This document shows, in pieces, positions 27,144 to 36,569 of a stretch of 64,000 nucleotides of DNA. The DNA lies in NCBI GenBank assembly GCA_965248995.1, contig CBDFKY010000004.1:169390-233389 (forward strand). Direction: 5' to 3'. The DNA is from Rickettsiales bacterium (lineage in GTDB: Bacteria > Pseudomonadota > Alphaproteobacteria > Rickettsiales > UBA998). The position numbers and the translations under genes were made by a program. The notes beneath the pieces were generated by a model. The model was not told the DNA's origin. It saw only the letters and a list, made by a program, of their open reading frames with translations, and ran no database searches. Numbering within the stretch: the stretch's first letter is position 1; every line of letters begins with the position of its first letter.

Positions 27144-27568
27144 AGTTTTTTTGTCATGCGGATAGTGGGAACGGTCACTTCTATAAATGATTCGCCTTCT
27201 ACGTGATATCCGAGTTTTTCATAGAAACCGACCGCGCTCATTCTTGCATGCATTTCCATGTATATCATTCCAACTATGCGGGCGTGGTTTTCCGCGAACG
27301 ATACCAACTTTCTTCCCGTACCTGTGTTCTGCGTTGAATGATCCACCGCCATTTGCCTCAGTTTTATCCGCCCTTCACCCAGAGGTTTCAACACGGTGCT
27401 GCCGATGATGCGTTCATCCTCAGAAAGCGCTATGAAATGAAGTTGCGTTTCTTCTCCGGATGTATCCTCCTCCCTCATGGGCAGGCCAAGCGGAGTGCGC
27501 AGCATACGCGTTCTGAACATAACGCTCCGCATGTAGAGATCCGATCCGAAAGAAATCATTTTTATCAT
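27140..27568 (-). CDS. GNAT-family N-acetyltransferase
   Basis: 142-aa ORF with the motif-A-like LRQMAVDHSTQNTGTGRKLV and a C-terminal FYEKLGY. Its stop overlaps the glmU start by 4 nt. Confidence 0.75.
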   Translation of the reverse strand: MIKMISFGSDLYMRSVMFRTRMLRTPLGLPMREEDTSGEETQLHFIALSEDERIIGSTVLKPLGEGRIKLRQMAVDHSTQNTGTGRKLVSFAENHARIVGMIYMEMHARMSAVGFYEKLGYHVEGESFIEVTVPTIRMTKKL

Positions 27569-27579
27569 TTTTAGAAATC

Positions 27580-28257
27580 CTAAAAGTCAGGATTTTCGTA
27601 ATGTTCCGGCGGCTTGATGCCGCGAACCCGGTCTTTCAGTACGCGGCGGAACGAAGGACGGGATTTCAGCAACGCATACCATTTGGTGAGCGGTGCATTG
27701 CGTTTCCAGTTGATATCACTCAGATAATCATAGAGGGAAACATGCGCCGCAGCGGAGATGTCAGCCAGCGTCAGGCGGTCGCCCGCCAGCCATTCGCGCG
27801 TGGAAAGCAATGCCTCAAACACTTCAAAATGCTGTTCCATCATGCGTTTCGCCTGCCGTATCTTTACGGTATCGGGCTGGCCCGCTTTCAGCAGCTGGCG
27901 AAAAAATTTCTCGTGCAGCAGTGGCTGCGTCACTTCACGCAGCAGTTTATAATCCACCCAGTGGATCAGGCGGCGCACTTCCGCCCTTATCTGCAGGGAA
28001 TCCCCGAGCAGGGAATGTACCCGGTAACCTTCTTCCAGATATTCTGTCACGGCATAACTTCCGCACAGTACCAGCCCGTTACCATCCACCAACACCGGAA
28101 TCTCTCCTGACGGATTGATTTTCATGAACTCTTCGCGCTGTTGCCATACCGGCTCTTCGATCAGTTTGAATTCCAGTTCCATTTCGTCCATCATGCAGCG
28201 GATCTTGCGGCAGGCCGGGGAAAAAGAGGTATGGTATAAAAGCCGTTGTCCCGTCAT
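27580..28257 (-). CDS. Glutathione S-transferase family protein
   Basis: 225-aa ORF with a thioredoxin-like N-domain (SFSPACRKIR..INPSGEIPVLVD..LCGSYAVTEYLEE) and a helical C-domain. Its start overlaps the upstream gene stop by 4 nt. Confidence 0.8.
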   Translation of the reverse strand: MTGQRLLYHTSFSPACRKIRCMMDEMELEFKLIEEPVWQQREEFMKINPSGEIPVLVDGNGLVLCGSYAVTEYLEEGYRVHSLLGDSLQIRAEVRRLIHWVDYKLLREVTQPLLHEKFFRQLLKAGQPDTVKIRQAKRMMEQHFEVFEALLSTREWLAGDRLTLADISAAAHVSLYDYLSDINWKRNAPLTKWYALLKSRPSFRRVLKDRVRGIKPPEHYENPDF

Positions 28258-29225
28258 GGATACGCTTTCTGGACGGGATGTTCCTTGGCAAAGCGGCGCA
28301 GATAACCCGGCACGATCGCGGCGACGCTCTCCGGCACGATACCTAAGGAAACGAAATTGTTCGCTCCCGCCGTTACCACGTTGTCATAACGCAGCAGTTC
28401 CACCTGATCGCGTGTCAGGAGGGGGCTCGGGAGCCATTCCGCGAAAAAGGCGCCGACTTTTGCCAGTGCGGACGGAATGGGCAGCAGATATGGTGAGCGG
28501 TAGGTCATCGTGCGTATCGAATCGAGGATCTGGCGGAAGGTGAGTATGTCCGGGCCGCCCAGTTCGTAAGTGTGGGACTCTGTGCCGTCAATGGAGAGGG
28601 CATGGGAGAACGCTTCCGCTACATCGCCGACATAGACCGGCTGGAACTTCGTCTTTCCGCCGCCGATAAGGGGAAGAAACGGCAGAAGACGGCTCATGCA
28701 GGCGAACTGATTGTAGAAATGGTCTTCCGCGCCGAAAATGACCGATGGACGAAAGATCGTCGCGGCGGGAAAAGCGTTACGCACCACCTGTTCCCCGGCC
28801 AGTTTGGTACGAGCGTATTCCGAGGTAGAGGCTTTGTCCACTCCGAGGGCGGACATCTGTAAAAAGCGCCGGACGCCTGCCTGCGCCGCTTCTTTTGCCA
28901 GAACACCCGGCGCCTGAGAGTGAATGGAGGCAAAACTGTTGCGTCCTTTTTCGGCGAGAATACCCACCAGATTGATGACGGCGTATGCGTCCTTTAATGC
29001 AAGCCGGTAGGATTCGGGCTGCGTGATGTTTCCGTGAACGATACTGATCTGTCCGACTTCGCCCTGTGTTTTCAGCAGGGAAGCGGCGAAAATGTCCCGT
29101 TCTACCAGTCGCAGCCGGTAACCTTGCCGTGCAAGCGCCCGCACCACATATCGGCCGACGAACCCCGATCCGCCGAAAATCGTGATAATCCGCTGTGAAT
29201 GATCCATAAATATTTCCGCGCCCAT
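28254..29225 (-). CDS. NAD-dependent epimerase/dehydratase family protein, complex I NDUFA9-like
   Basis: 323-aa ORF with the Rossmann motif ITIFGGSGFVGRYVVRALARQGY and RPSVIFG. The length and pattern match alphaproteobacterial NDUFA9 homologues. Confidence 0.75.
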   Translation of the reverse strand: MGAEIFMDHSQRIITIFGGSGFVGRYVVRALARQGYRLRLVERDIFAASLLKTQGEVGQISIVHGNITQPESYRLALKDAYAVINLVGILAEKGRNSFASIHSQAPGVLAKEAAQAGVRRFLQMSALGVDKASTSEYARTKLAGEQVVRNAFPAATIFRPSVIFGAEDHFYNQFACMSRLLPFLPLIGGGKTKFQPVYVGDVAEAFSHALSIDGTESHTYELGGPDILTFRQILDSIRTMTYRSPYLLPIPSALAKVGAFFAEWLPSPLLTRDQVELLRYDNVVTAGANNFVSLGIVPESVAAIVPGYLRRFAKEHPVQKAYP

Positions 29226-29293
29226 AAAATCATGAATGGGCGGAATATAGCAACGGTCTTTTCACATTACCAGCGAAAGCATCGGGCGGGCGC

Positions 29294-30697
29294 TTACAAT
29301 TCCCGAATATCCGCCAGCCGTCCCGTCACCGCCGCTGCGACGGCCATCACCGGACTGACGAGGTGGGTGCGCCCGCCGCGTCCCTGACGTCCCTCGAAAT
29401 TGCGGTTCGAGGTGGAGGCGCAGCGTTCTTCCGGCTCCAGGCGGTCGGCATTCATCGCCAGGCACATCGAGCAGCCCGGTTCACGCCATTCGAAGCCGGC
29501 TTCCCGGAAAATGACGTCCAGCCCCTCGGCTTCCGCCTGTTCCTTAACCAGACCGGAGCCCGGAACCACCATCGCCAGTTTGATCGAATCGGCGACTTTG
29601 CGCCCTTTCGCCACTGCCGCAGCCGCGCGGAAATCCTCGATCCGTCCGTTCGTGCAGGAGCCGATGAATACTTTGTCGATGGCTACTTCACGCAGCTGGG
29701 TACCGGCTTTCAATCCCATATATTCCAGCGAGCGCGACACCGCCACGCGCCGGTTCTCATCCGTAAAATCATCGGGTGAGGGGATGGTGGCAGTGATAGG
29801 CAGGACGTCCTGCGGACTGGTGCCCCATGTGACCTGCGGCAGGATATCCGCACCATCGAGCAGGATTTCGGTATCGAAAGAAGCATCGTCATCCGTTTTA
29901 AACCCGCTCCAGTATGCGACCGCATGATCCCACTCGGCCGGGGAGAGGGGGCGGCCTTTCAAATAGTCGAACGTCTTGCTATCCGGGGCGATCAAACCCG
30001 CGCGCGCCCCCGCTTCGATCGACATATTGCACAAGGTCATGCGTCCTTCCATGGAAAGCGCGCGGATGACATCGCCCGCGTATTCGATCACGTAACCGGT
30101 GCCGCCTGCCGTACCGAGCCTGCCGATGATGGCCAGCGCCACGTCCTTCGCCGTCACGAATGCACTAAGCGCGCCGTTGACGGTGACCCGCATGTTTTTC
30201 GCTTTCGTCTGGCGGAGCGTTTGCGTCGCCAGCACGTGTTCCACTTCACTCGTGCCGATCCCGAAGGCCAGTGCCCCGAATGCCCCGTGCGTCGAGGTAT
30301 GAGAATCTCCGCAGACGATCGTCATGCCGGGCTGCGTGAAGCCCTGCTCCGGTCCCACTACGTGGACAATGCCCTGCCGCCGGTCGTTCATGGAGAAATA
30401 AGGTACGCCGAATTCGCGGCAATTGGCCTCCAGCGTTTCCACCTGGATTCGGGATGTTTCATCCTTAATGCCCTGCAGCCGGTCGGGTGTGGTCGGTACG
30501 TTATGGTCCGCCACCGCCAGCGTCGCCAAGGGCCGGCGTACCGGGCGGCCGCTGATGCGTAGCCCCTCGAACGCCTGCGGGCTGGTCACTTCATGCACCA
30601 GCTGCCGGTCGATATAGAGCAGGGCGGTACCGTCTTCCTGTACGTCCACCAGATGACGCTGCCAGATTTTATCGAAAAGGGTGGTTGCTGTGTTCAT
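29294..30697 (-). CDS. leuC: 3-isopropylmalate dehydratase large subunit
   Basis: ORF 29294..30742, with the start set at [12 protein letters not shown] (ATG 30697). It has the aconitase-family motifs [22 protein letters not shown] and CSMCLAMN. No leuD is adjacent. Confidence 0.93.
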   Translation of the reverse strand: MNTATTLFDKIWQRHLVDVQEDGTALLYIDRQLVHEVTSPQAFEGLRISGRPVRRPLATLAVADHNVPTTPDRLQGIKDETSRIQVETLEANCREFGVPYFSMNDRRQGIVHVVGPEQGFTQPGMTIVCGDSHTSTHGAFGALAFGIGTSEVEHVLATQTLRQTKAKNMRVTVNGALSAFVTAKDVALAIIGRLGTAGGTGYVIEYAGDVIRALSMEGRMTLCNMSIEAGARAGLIAPDSKTFDYLKGRPLSPAEWDHAVAYWSGFKTDDDASFDTEILLDGADILPQVTWGTSPQDVLPITATIPSPDDFTDENRRVAVSRSLEYMGLKAGTQLREVAIDKVFIGSCTNGRIEDFRAAAAVAKGRKVADSIKLAMVVPGSGLVKEQAEAEGLDVIFREAGFEWREPGCSMCLAMNADRLEPEERCASTSNRNFEGRQGRGGRTHLVSPVMAVAAAVTGRLADIREL

Positions 30698-30712
30698 GGT
30701 CTGTTCCTGAAT

Positions 30713-30748
30713 ATAAAAAAAAGCCCTCGCAGCGAATGGCAAGGGCTT
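30713..30748 (-). terminator. Hairpin plus U-run immediately downstream of rplS and about 20 nt upstream of leuC
   Basis: The minus strand reads AAGCCCTTGCCATTCGCTGCGAGGGCTT followed by TTTTTTTT, read directly. Confidence 0.55.
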
Positions 30749-30777
30749 CTGGATGATCGTGATTACGCAGGGCGATA

Positions 30778-31179
30778 TTATGCCTGTTTTGCGCTTTCTG
30801 CCTTTGCATTCGTTTTGCCGTACGTGTTTTTCTCTTTAATTCGGGCCGCTTTTCCGGTCAAGCCGCGGAGATAATAGAGTTTCGCACGACGGACATCGCC
30901 CCGGCGTATGGTTTCAATGCTTTCGATACGCGGTGAGTACAAAGGAAATATCCGCTCCACCCCTTCGCCATGACTGATCTTGCGTACCGTGAACGCCGAT
31001 TGAAGCCCGCGGTTCTTGCGTCCTATGCAGACTCCTTCGAACGCCTGGATACGCTCGTTCGCGCCCTCGATAATACGAACGTTCACCCGGATCGTATCGC
31101 CAGCCGCGAACACGTCCATGCGCTTGCCCGCGCTCAGTTTCACCACTTGTTCCTGTTCAATCGTCTGCAATAAATTCAT
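30778..31179 (-). CDS. rplS: 50S ribosomal protein L19
   Basis: 133-aa ORF with [37 protein letters not shown], and a Lys/Ala-rich tail. Confidence 0.93.
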   Translation of the reverse strand: MNLLQTIEQEQVVKLSAGKRMDVFAAGDTIRVNVRIIEGANERIQAFEGVCIGRKNRGLQSAFTVRKISHGEGVERIFPLYSPRIESIETIRRGDVRRAKLYYLRGLTGKAARIKEKNTYGKTNAKAESAKQA

Positions 31180-31232
31180 GGGGTGCCTCGTCTAACCGGT
31201 CTGTCTTTCGTTTATAATTCCAACTTAATCAC

Positions 31233-31940
31233 TCAATCTTTCTGCCACCGTTCCCATAAATCAGGGCGCCGCGCTTGCGTGATCCGCTCAGCTTCCTCGC
31301 GTCGCCATTTTTTGATGCGCGCATGGTTACCGGAAATCAACACATCGGGAACAGAAACTCCATTCCAGACAGGGGGCTTAGTATAATGCGGATACTCAAG
31401 TAAGCAAGCGTTTTCTTCACCGATCGTAAAGCTTTCCTCGTCATGGGTAGCGGGATTTCCGAGGATTCCTTCCTCGTGCCGGAGCATCGTCTCCATGATG
31501 ACCATGGCGGCCAGTTCTCCTCCGCTCAGAATATAGTCTCCGATACTGATTTCAAGGGGCCGGTACGCGTCGATGACCCGCTGGTCGATGCCCTCGAACC
31601 TGTTGCAGAGAAAGATGATATCCCCATAATCGGCAATCAGTTCCTTACCTGTGGCCTGTGTCAACAGTTTGCCGCGGGGGCTCGGCAGGACCAGCAGCGC
31701 ATCCGGCAACACCGTAAGCGCCGCATCAATCGCGGCGGCGATCACGTCCGGGCGCATCACCATGCCGGCCCCGCCGCCGTAAGGGGTATCGTCCACCAGC
31801 CGATGCTTTCCCACCGCATGGTCACGCAGGCTGATGGTGGTCAATGACCATTTTCCCTGGGCAAGGGCGCTGCCCGTGATGGAGATGCCTAGCGGGCCCG
31901 GGAACATTTCCGGGAATAACGTGATGATACAAAAACGCAT
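31233..31940 (-). CDS. trmD: tRNA (guanine37-N1)-methyltransferase
   Basis: 235-aa ORF with IITLFPEMF, DDTPYGGGAGMVM, CNRFEGIDQRV and SIGDYILSGGE. Confidence 0.93.
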   Translation of the reverse strand: MRFCIITLFPEMFPGPLGISITGSALAQGKWSLTTISLRDHAVGKHRLVDDTPYGGGAGMVMRPDVIAAAIDAALTVLPDALLVLPSPRGKLLTQATGKELIADYGDIIFLCNRFEGIDQRVIDAYRPLEISIGDYILSGGELAAMVIMETMLRHEEGILGNPATHDEESFTIGEENACLLEYPHYTKPPVWNGVSVPDVLISGNHARIKKWRREEAERITQARRPDLWERWQKD

Positions 31941-31951
31941 GGTATCCGGAA

Positions 31952-32503
31952 TTATTCGGCTTTCTCAATCGCCGCGCAGTTCGGTTTCATGCTAAGCGCT
32001 CTCGATGCGTCCACCACCAGTCCGCCTTTGATCAGCATGTTGCGTCCGACCAGCACATCATAAATGAAATCCTGCCGGTTGGAGAGATTAACTTCATCCT
32101 CCACGATGACGCCCGCCATGCAGAACTGCATCTGTACGACCGGGCGGCGTTCGAATCCTCCGTTCTTCATTTTGATGCGCACGATGCGGGTAAGCGGTTT
32201 CTTGATCGGTTTGCTGGCTCCCTCCTTGGTGTGAATCGTGAAAATGACGTATCCGCTGTCGTCGTTGCCGCGTTCATGCTTTTTCAGTTCGATGATGTCG
32301 GCGTGGATGGAAGAGGTTTTCGCGCCCGTATCCATCTTGGCCTTGAGCGTGGTGGTGATTTTCGGGACCGAGACATATTCCACGTAGCCTACTGTGGTAC
32401 GCGGGTTTTGGGATGTTTCTTTCGCATGTACCAGTTCCGGAAACGCGCAGAGAAAAAACGCACAGACCATTAGATGTTTCGACTTAACGAGGAAATTTGA
32501 CAT
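31952..32503 (-). CDS. Secreted retropepsin-like aspartic peptidase ('ATP-dependent zinc protease' family)
   Basis: 183-aa ORF with a signal peptide ending ELVHA-KE, the KAKMDTGAKTSSIHA (DTGA) motif and VLVGRNMLIKGGLVVDASR. Confidence 0.7.
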   Translation of the reverse strand: MSNFLVKSKHLMVCAFFLCAFPELVHAKETSQNPRTTVGYVEYVSVPKITTTLKAKMDTGAKTSSIHADIIELKKHERGNDDSGYVIFTIHTKEGASKPIKKPLTRIVRIKMKNGGFERRPVVQMQFCMAGVIVEDEVNLSNRQDFIYDVLVGRNMLIKGGLVVDASRALSMKPNCAAIEKAE

Positions 32504-32537
32504 ACACTAACCTTACGACTGATGTTTAGGGACAATA

Positions 32538-33326
32538 TTAATTATAAGGCGGGCAGTTTTTTCCACGCGCGGATGCGGTAAAAATTTCAAATCCGGTTGC
32601 GGTCACGCCGAGCGAATGTTCGAACTGTGCGGAAAGCGAGCGGTCCTTGGTCGTGACCGTCCATCCGTCACGCGGGTTGAGGCGCGTGCCTGCCTTGCCG
32701 ACATTGATCATCGGCTCAACGGTGAAAAACATGCCCTCTTCCAGCGTGACGCCTTCGCCACGCCTGCCGTAATGCAGGATATTGGGCGCAGAATGGAAAA
32801 TCCGCCCGACGCCGTGCCCGCAATAATCCCGAACCACGGAAAATCCCTGCGCTTCGGCGTGCTCCTGAATGGCTGCGCCTATATCGCCGGTAGTAGCGCC
32901 GGGGCGCACCTGTTCGATTCCCCTCATCATGCTGTCGTAGGTGACCTGGATCAGCCGCTGCGCTTTGAGCGGTACGTTGCCGACATAATACATCCGGCTG
33001 GTGTCACCGTGCCAGCCGTCCACGATAGTCGTCACGTCCACGTTGATGATATCGCCGTCATTCAGGATCTTGTCATCCGGGATACCGTGGCAGACCACAT
33101 GGTTCACCGAAGTGCAGACGGATTTGGGGAAGCCGCGATAGCTGAGCGGGGCAGGGGTGGCACCGGCGCCGACGATCCGCTGGTGGCAGTAGCTGTTGAT
33201 CTTATCGGTGGTGATTCCGGGGACGATGATGTCCGCCAGTTCGTCGAGAATCTCGGCGGAAAGTCGTCCGGCTTTATGCATTCCCGCGTAATCCGCCGGT
33301 TTGTGAATGATGATCTCATGTTTCAT
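32538..33326 (-). CDS. map: Type I methionine aminopeptidase
   Basis: ORF 32538..33344, with the start set at MKHEIIIHK (ATG 33326). It contains SVNHVVCHGIP, the metal ligands DIINVDVT..DGWHGD, GHGVGR, FTVEPM and QFEHS. Confidence 0.93.
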   Translation of the reverse strand: MKHEIIIHKPADYAGMHKAGRLSAEILDELADIIVPGITTDKINSYCHQRIVGAGATPAPLSYRGFPKSVCTSVNHVVCHGIPDDKILNDGDIINVDVTTIVDGWHGDTSRMYYVGNVPLKAQRLIQVTYDSMMRGIEQVRPGATTGDIGAAIQEHAEAQGFSVVRDYCGHGVGRIFHSAPNILHYGRRGEGVTLEEGMFFTVEPMINVGKAGTRLNPRDGWTVTTKDRSLSAQFEHSLGVTATGFEIFTASARGKNCPPYN

Positions 33327-33401
33327 GGGCGCAGCATAAAACAACCCCTATTGCACTTCAACGTTTTATCTTGTATCGCCCAGTTTTTGACGAGAGACGT
33401 T

Positions 33402-34154
33402 ATGACCAATCCTTCCGCCTGCATCATCCTGATCGGTAACGAGATTCTTTCCGGCAGGACGCAGGATAAAAATCTTTCCTGGTTGTCGCAGGCGCTCGGT
33501 GAGACGGGAATCGACGTGCGTCGCGTGTATGTGATCCCGGACGTGCGCGATGATATTGTCGCGACGGTGAATGAAGCTCGCTCCCGGTTCGATTATGTCT
33601 TCACCACCGGTGGCATCGGCCCTACTCATGACGATATTACCACGGAAGCCGTCGCTTCCGCCTTCGGCGTAAAAGTCGAGCGGGAGGCGGAAGCCGAGCG
33701 GCGACTCCGGGATTATTATCAGCATGATCCGCAAAAAATCAATGCCGCGAGGCTGAAAATGGCGGATATTCCAAACGGTGCGGAGCTGATCGACAACCCC
33801 GTCAGCGCCGCGCCGGGATTCCGCCTGCAAAACGTCTTCGTGATGGCCGGCGTGCCTTCCATCATGCAGGGCATGTTCGCGCATATAAAACATCTGGTGA
33901 AAGGCGGAGAGGTGACACGGTCCGTTCAATTGGGGCTATGGATCGGTGAAGGGAGCATCGCCGCCGAGATCGAAGCGGTTCAGAAACGTTTTCCGGAGGT
34001 GGAAATCGGGGTGTATCCGGCATTGAAGGAGGGCGGGGCGCAAACCACCGTCGTTCTGCGTTCCATTCAGGAAGCCCCATTGCATGAAGCGTTGAGCGCC
34101 TGCGAAGTATTCGTGGAAAACCGGGGTATTGAAAGGATTAAAAATGTGTTATAA
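33402..34154 (+). CDS. CinA-like / MoCF-biosynthesis (molybdopterin-binding) domain protein
   Basis: This is the real part of track ORF 32616..34154, starting at ATG 33402. The sequence reads MTNPSACIILIGNEILSGRTQDKNLSWL..YVFTTGGIGPTHDDIT. Confidence 0.8.
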   Translation: MTNPSACIILIGNEILSGRTQDKNLSWLSQALGETGIDVRRVYVIPDVRDDIVATVNEARSRFDYVFTTGGIGPTHDDITTEAVASAFGVKVEREAEAERRLRDYYQHDPQKINAARLKMADIPNGAELIDNPVSAAPGFRLQNVFVMAGVPSIMQGMFAHIKHLVKGGEVTRSVQLGLWIGEGSIAAEIEAVQKRFPEVEIGVYPALKEGGAQTTVVLRSIQEAPLHEALSACEVFVENRGIERIKNVL

Positions 34155-34246
34155 TGTGGCATATGGCGCATTCCCCTTGAAAGAGTTCCGGCAGGCGCTA
34201 TATAATGGACATAATTCCAATTCATCTCACCTAGAGGGTTACTACC

Positions 34247-34969
34247 ATGTATAATCCACAGTCAGTCAACACATCCGCACGTACCGGTGTCGATCAGGGA
34301 CTGCGTGCTTACTTCCTGCGCGTCTATAACTATATGGCCAGCGCATTGATCCTGACCGGCCTCGTCGCGTATTTCGCCGGGACTTCGGAAGCGTTCATCA
34401 GCCTGATGCGCACCCCGGAAGGCGGGCCGAGCATTCTTTCCTACGTACTGATGTTCGCGCCGCTCGGCTTCGTGATGTTCCTGAGTTTCCGCATCAATCA
34501 GATGAGCGAGCAGGCGGCGCAGATGGCCTTCTGGGCGTTCGCCGTCGTGATGGGGCTGTCGATGTTCTACATCTTCGCCGTATTCACCGGCACCAGTATC
34601 GCGCGGGTCTTCTTCATCACGGCCGGTACGTTCGGGGCGATGAGCCTGTACGGCTACAGCACCAAGCGCGACCTGACCGGTTTCGGTTCGTTCCTGATGA
34701 TGGGCGTGCTCGGGGTGGTGATCGCTTCCGTCGTCAATATTTTCCTGCACAGCACCGGCCTGCAGATGGCGATTTCGGTAATCGGGGTGCTGTTGTTCAC
34801 CGGGCTTACCGCTTATGATACGCAGCGCATCAAGTCGATGTATTATCAGGTGGCGACGATTAACGGTTCGCTCGGCAAAGCGGCCATCATGGGAGCGCTG
34901 ACGCTTTACCTCGATTTCATCAATCTGTTCATGATGCTGCTGCAGTTCTTCGGACAGCGCCGTCAATAA
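34247..34969 (+). CDS. BAX-inhibitor-1 / YccA family membrane protein
   Basis: 240-aa ORF with 7 predicted TM segments and typical LR.YF.RVY N-terminal and TAYDTQRIK C-terminal motifs. Confidence 0.85.
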   Translation: MYNPQSVNTSARTGVDQGLRAYFLRVYNYMASALILTGLVAYFAGTSEAFISLMRTPEGGPSILSYVLMFAPLGFVMFLSFRINQMSEQAAQMAFWAFAVVMGLSMFYIFAVFTGTSIARVFFITAGTFGAMSLYGYSTKRDLTGFGSFLMMGVLGVVIASVVNIFLHSTGLQMAISVIGVLLFTGLTAYDTQRIKSMYYQVATINGSLGKAAIMGALTLYLDFINLFMMLLQFFGQRRQ

Positions 34970-34993
34970 CGGCGAACGGCGGTTCTCGTACTC

Positions 34994-35028
34994 AAAAAAA
35001 GGGCGCCTTCCGCAAGGCGCCCTTTTTC
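34994..35028 (+). terminator. Rho-independent terminator (A-tract, hairpin, T-tract; potentially bidirectional)
   Basis: AAAAAAA-GGGCGCCTT-ccgc-AAGGCGCCC-TTTTT, read directly. Confidence 0.8.
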
Positions 35029-35133
35029 ATTACGCTTTACAGTCAAAGTGACGCACTAAATTCATGTAATTGTCACGGCAACCCACAATAGTTTATGGTA
35101 TCGTGTTACTATAGAATAAACGGATGAAATGGT

Positions 35134-36474
35134 ATGGCAAAAAATGCAGGTCTTCCTACTGGTAACCCGACCGTAGATCAGGCAATTACGAATGCGGCGG
35201 GCGGGGATCCCAAGACCCTCGAATATCTGGTGGTGATCGCGGATATAGAATCCGGTTACGACCCTAACGCGCACAATCCTTCCGGCGCGGCGGGATTGTA
35301 TCAATTCATGCCTAAGACCGCCAAGGACTATCATTTGAGTGACCCTTACAACGCTTCCGAGAGCGCTAAGGCAGCAGTCCGTCTTATGAAAGACAATGCG
35401 GATTACCTTAAAAGTAAATTGGGCCGCGAACCGACCAATGGCGAATTGTATCTCGCTCATCAGCAAGGATGCGGCGGTGCGGTTGATCTGCTTAAAAACC
35501 CGAATGCCTGCGCTGCCGATCTGGTTGGAAGTGAAGCCGTATTGCAAAATGGCGGCAAGTCAGGAATGACGGCCGGAGAGTTTTCTCAAATCTGGCTTAG
35601 CACTTACAATAAAAAACTTGGTGCAGCCGCCGCTTCCAGTGGCATCACGCTGCCGTCTACGGAATCCGTCAGCACGGTAGTGGCGGATTTGAACGCGCAC
35701 GGTGAAAAAGCGCTGGCCACCCAGCTGCAAATCATCGAAAATACCTACAAGGCTCAGAACGGACAGATTACCGATGCCGCCAAAGAGAGTGTTGTGCAAG
35801 CGCTTAAAGCGTTAAAAAACAAAAGAAACGATGTTTACGCGCAGTACGGCGTCACAAAAACGGATTTCGGCGAAATGCTCGCGCTGCATATGGGCCCGCA
35901 TACCGCCGCCGCCATTTTGAAAGCAACGGATCCTGCGACGAAGCTGAATCAGATTTCTCTTACCAGTAACGGCAAGACCATTAAACCCGTAGAGGCTACG
36001 GTCAACGGCTTCCTCAAGGAAATGCGGGAGGCGGGCGTGCAGATTCCTGCCGAGGAAAACTTCAACTCACTGACTGCCGGTAAATTTGATCAGTACGCAA
36101 ATAATTTCTACCAGCTCGAGATTCAAAAGGCCGCCAGCCTGGCGCAGCGGGCCGATAAGACAGGGAAAGACGGTTTGACCACTGATGAATCCAAGCAAAT
36201 GGATTTCATGAAAATGATTACTCAGGCCATGGGACCGGAAATGGGCGGTTTGATGCAGCTTGTCGTGATGCTGGTCGGATTTATGGCGAACGGAAAAGAA
36301 GGCGTGCTGGGGCCGAATCTGGCACCGAAATTTCAGGATCAGGGTCAATCCGCTTCCACCATTCCGGCTGAAGCGCAGGCGGCAGTACAAGGCGCTAAAA
36401 TCCCACCACTTCCCGCTGCCGTCCCTGCTACAACCGTTCCTGCAAAATCTTCGCCAGCCGTGGCACAGCGATAA
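35134..36474 (+). CDS. SLT-domain lytic transglycosylase fused to a long helical region, a C-terminal TM segment and a Pro/Ala tail
   Basis: 446-aa ORF. The N-terminal roughly 150 aa carry IADIESGYDPNA (catalytic E-S), AAGLYQFMPKTA and YLAHQQG. There is no signal peptide. A hydrophobic segment GGLMQLVVMLVGFMA lies near residue 375. The tail reads IPPLPAAVPATTVPAKSSP. Confidence 0.7.
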   Translation: MAKNAGLPTGNPTVDQAITNAAGGDPKTLEYLVVIADIESGYDPNAHNPSGAAGLYQFMPKTAKDYHLSDPYNASESAKAAVRLMKDNADYLKSKLGREPTNGELYLAHQQGCGGAVDLLKNPNACAADLVGSEAVLQNGGKSGMTAGEFSQIWLSTYNKKLGAAAASSGITLPSTESVSTVVADLNAHGEKALATQLQIIENTYKAQNGQITDAAKESVVQALKALKNKRNDVYAQYGVTKTDFGEMLALHMGPHTAAAILKATDPATKLNQISLTSNGKTIKPVEATVNGFLKEMREAGVQIPAEENFNSLTAGKFDQYANNFYQLEIQKAASLAQRADKTGKDGLTTDESKQMDFMKMITQAMGPEMGGLMQLVVMLVGFMANGKEGVLGPNLAPKFQDQGQSASTIPAEAQAAVQGAKIPPLPAAVPATTVPAKSSPAVAQR

Positions 36475-36569
36475 TGCCTTTGCACCACAGCGGTTGACAA
36501 AAGTTTAAATCTACGCGAAGTTAGCCCGCCATGCTCTTATGGCAAATACACAAGGCTTAAGCGACGCAT

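Noticed and set aside
32616-33401. The 5' half of the 512-aa plus-strand ORF 32616..34154
   Set aside because: This part is antisense to map and has no recognisable domain. The CinA-like homology begins only at MTNPSAC (ATG 33402), so the long ORF is an artefact of an open upstream frame.
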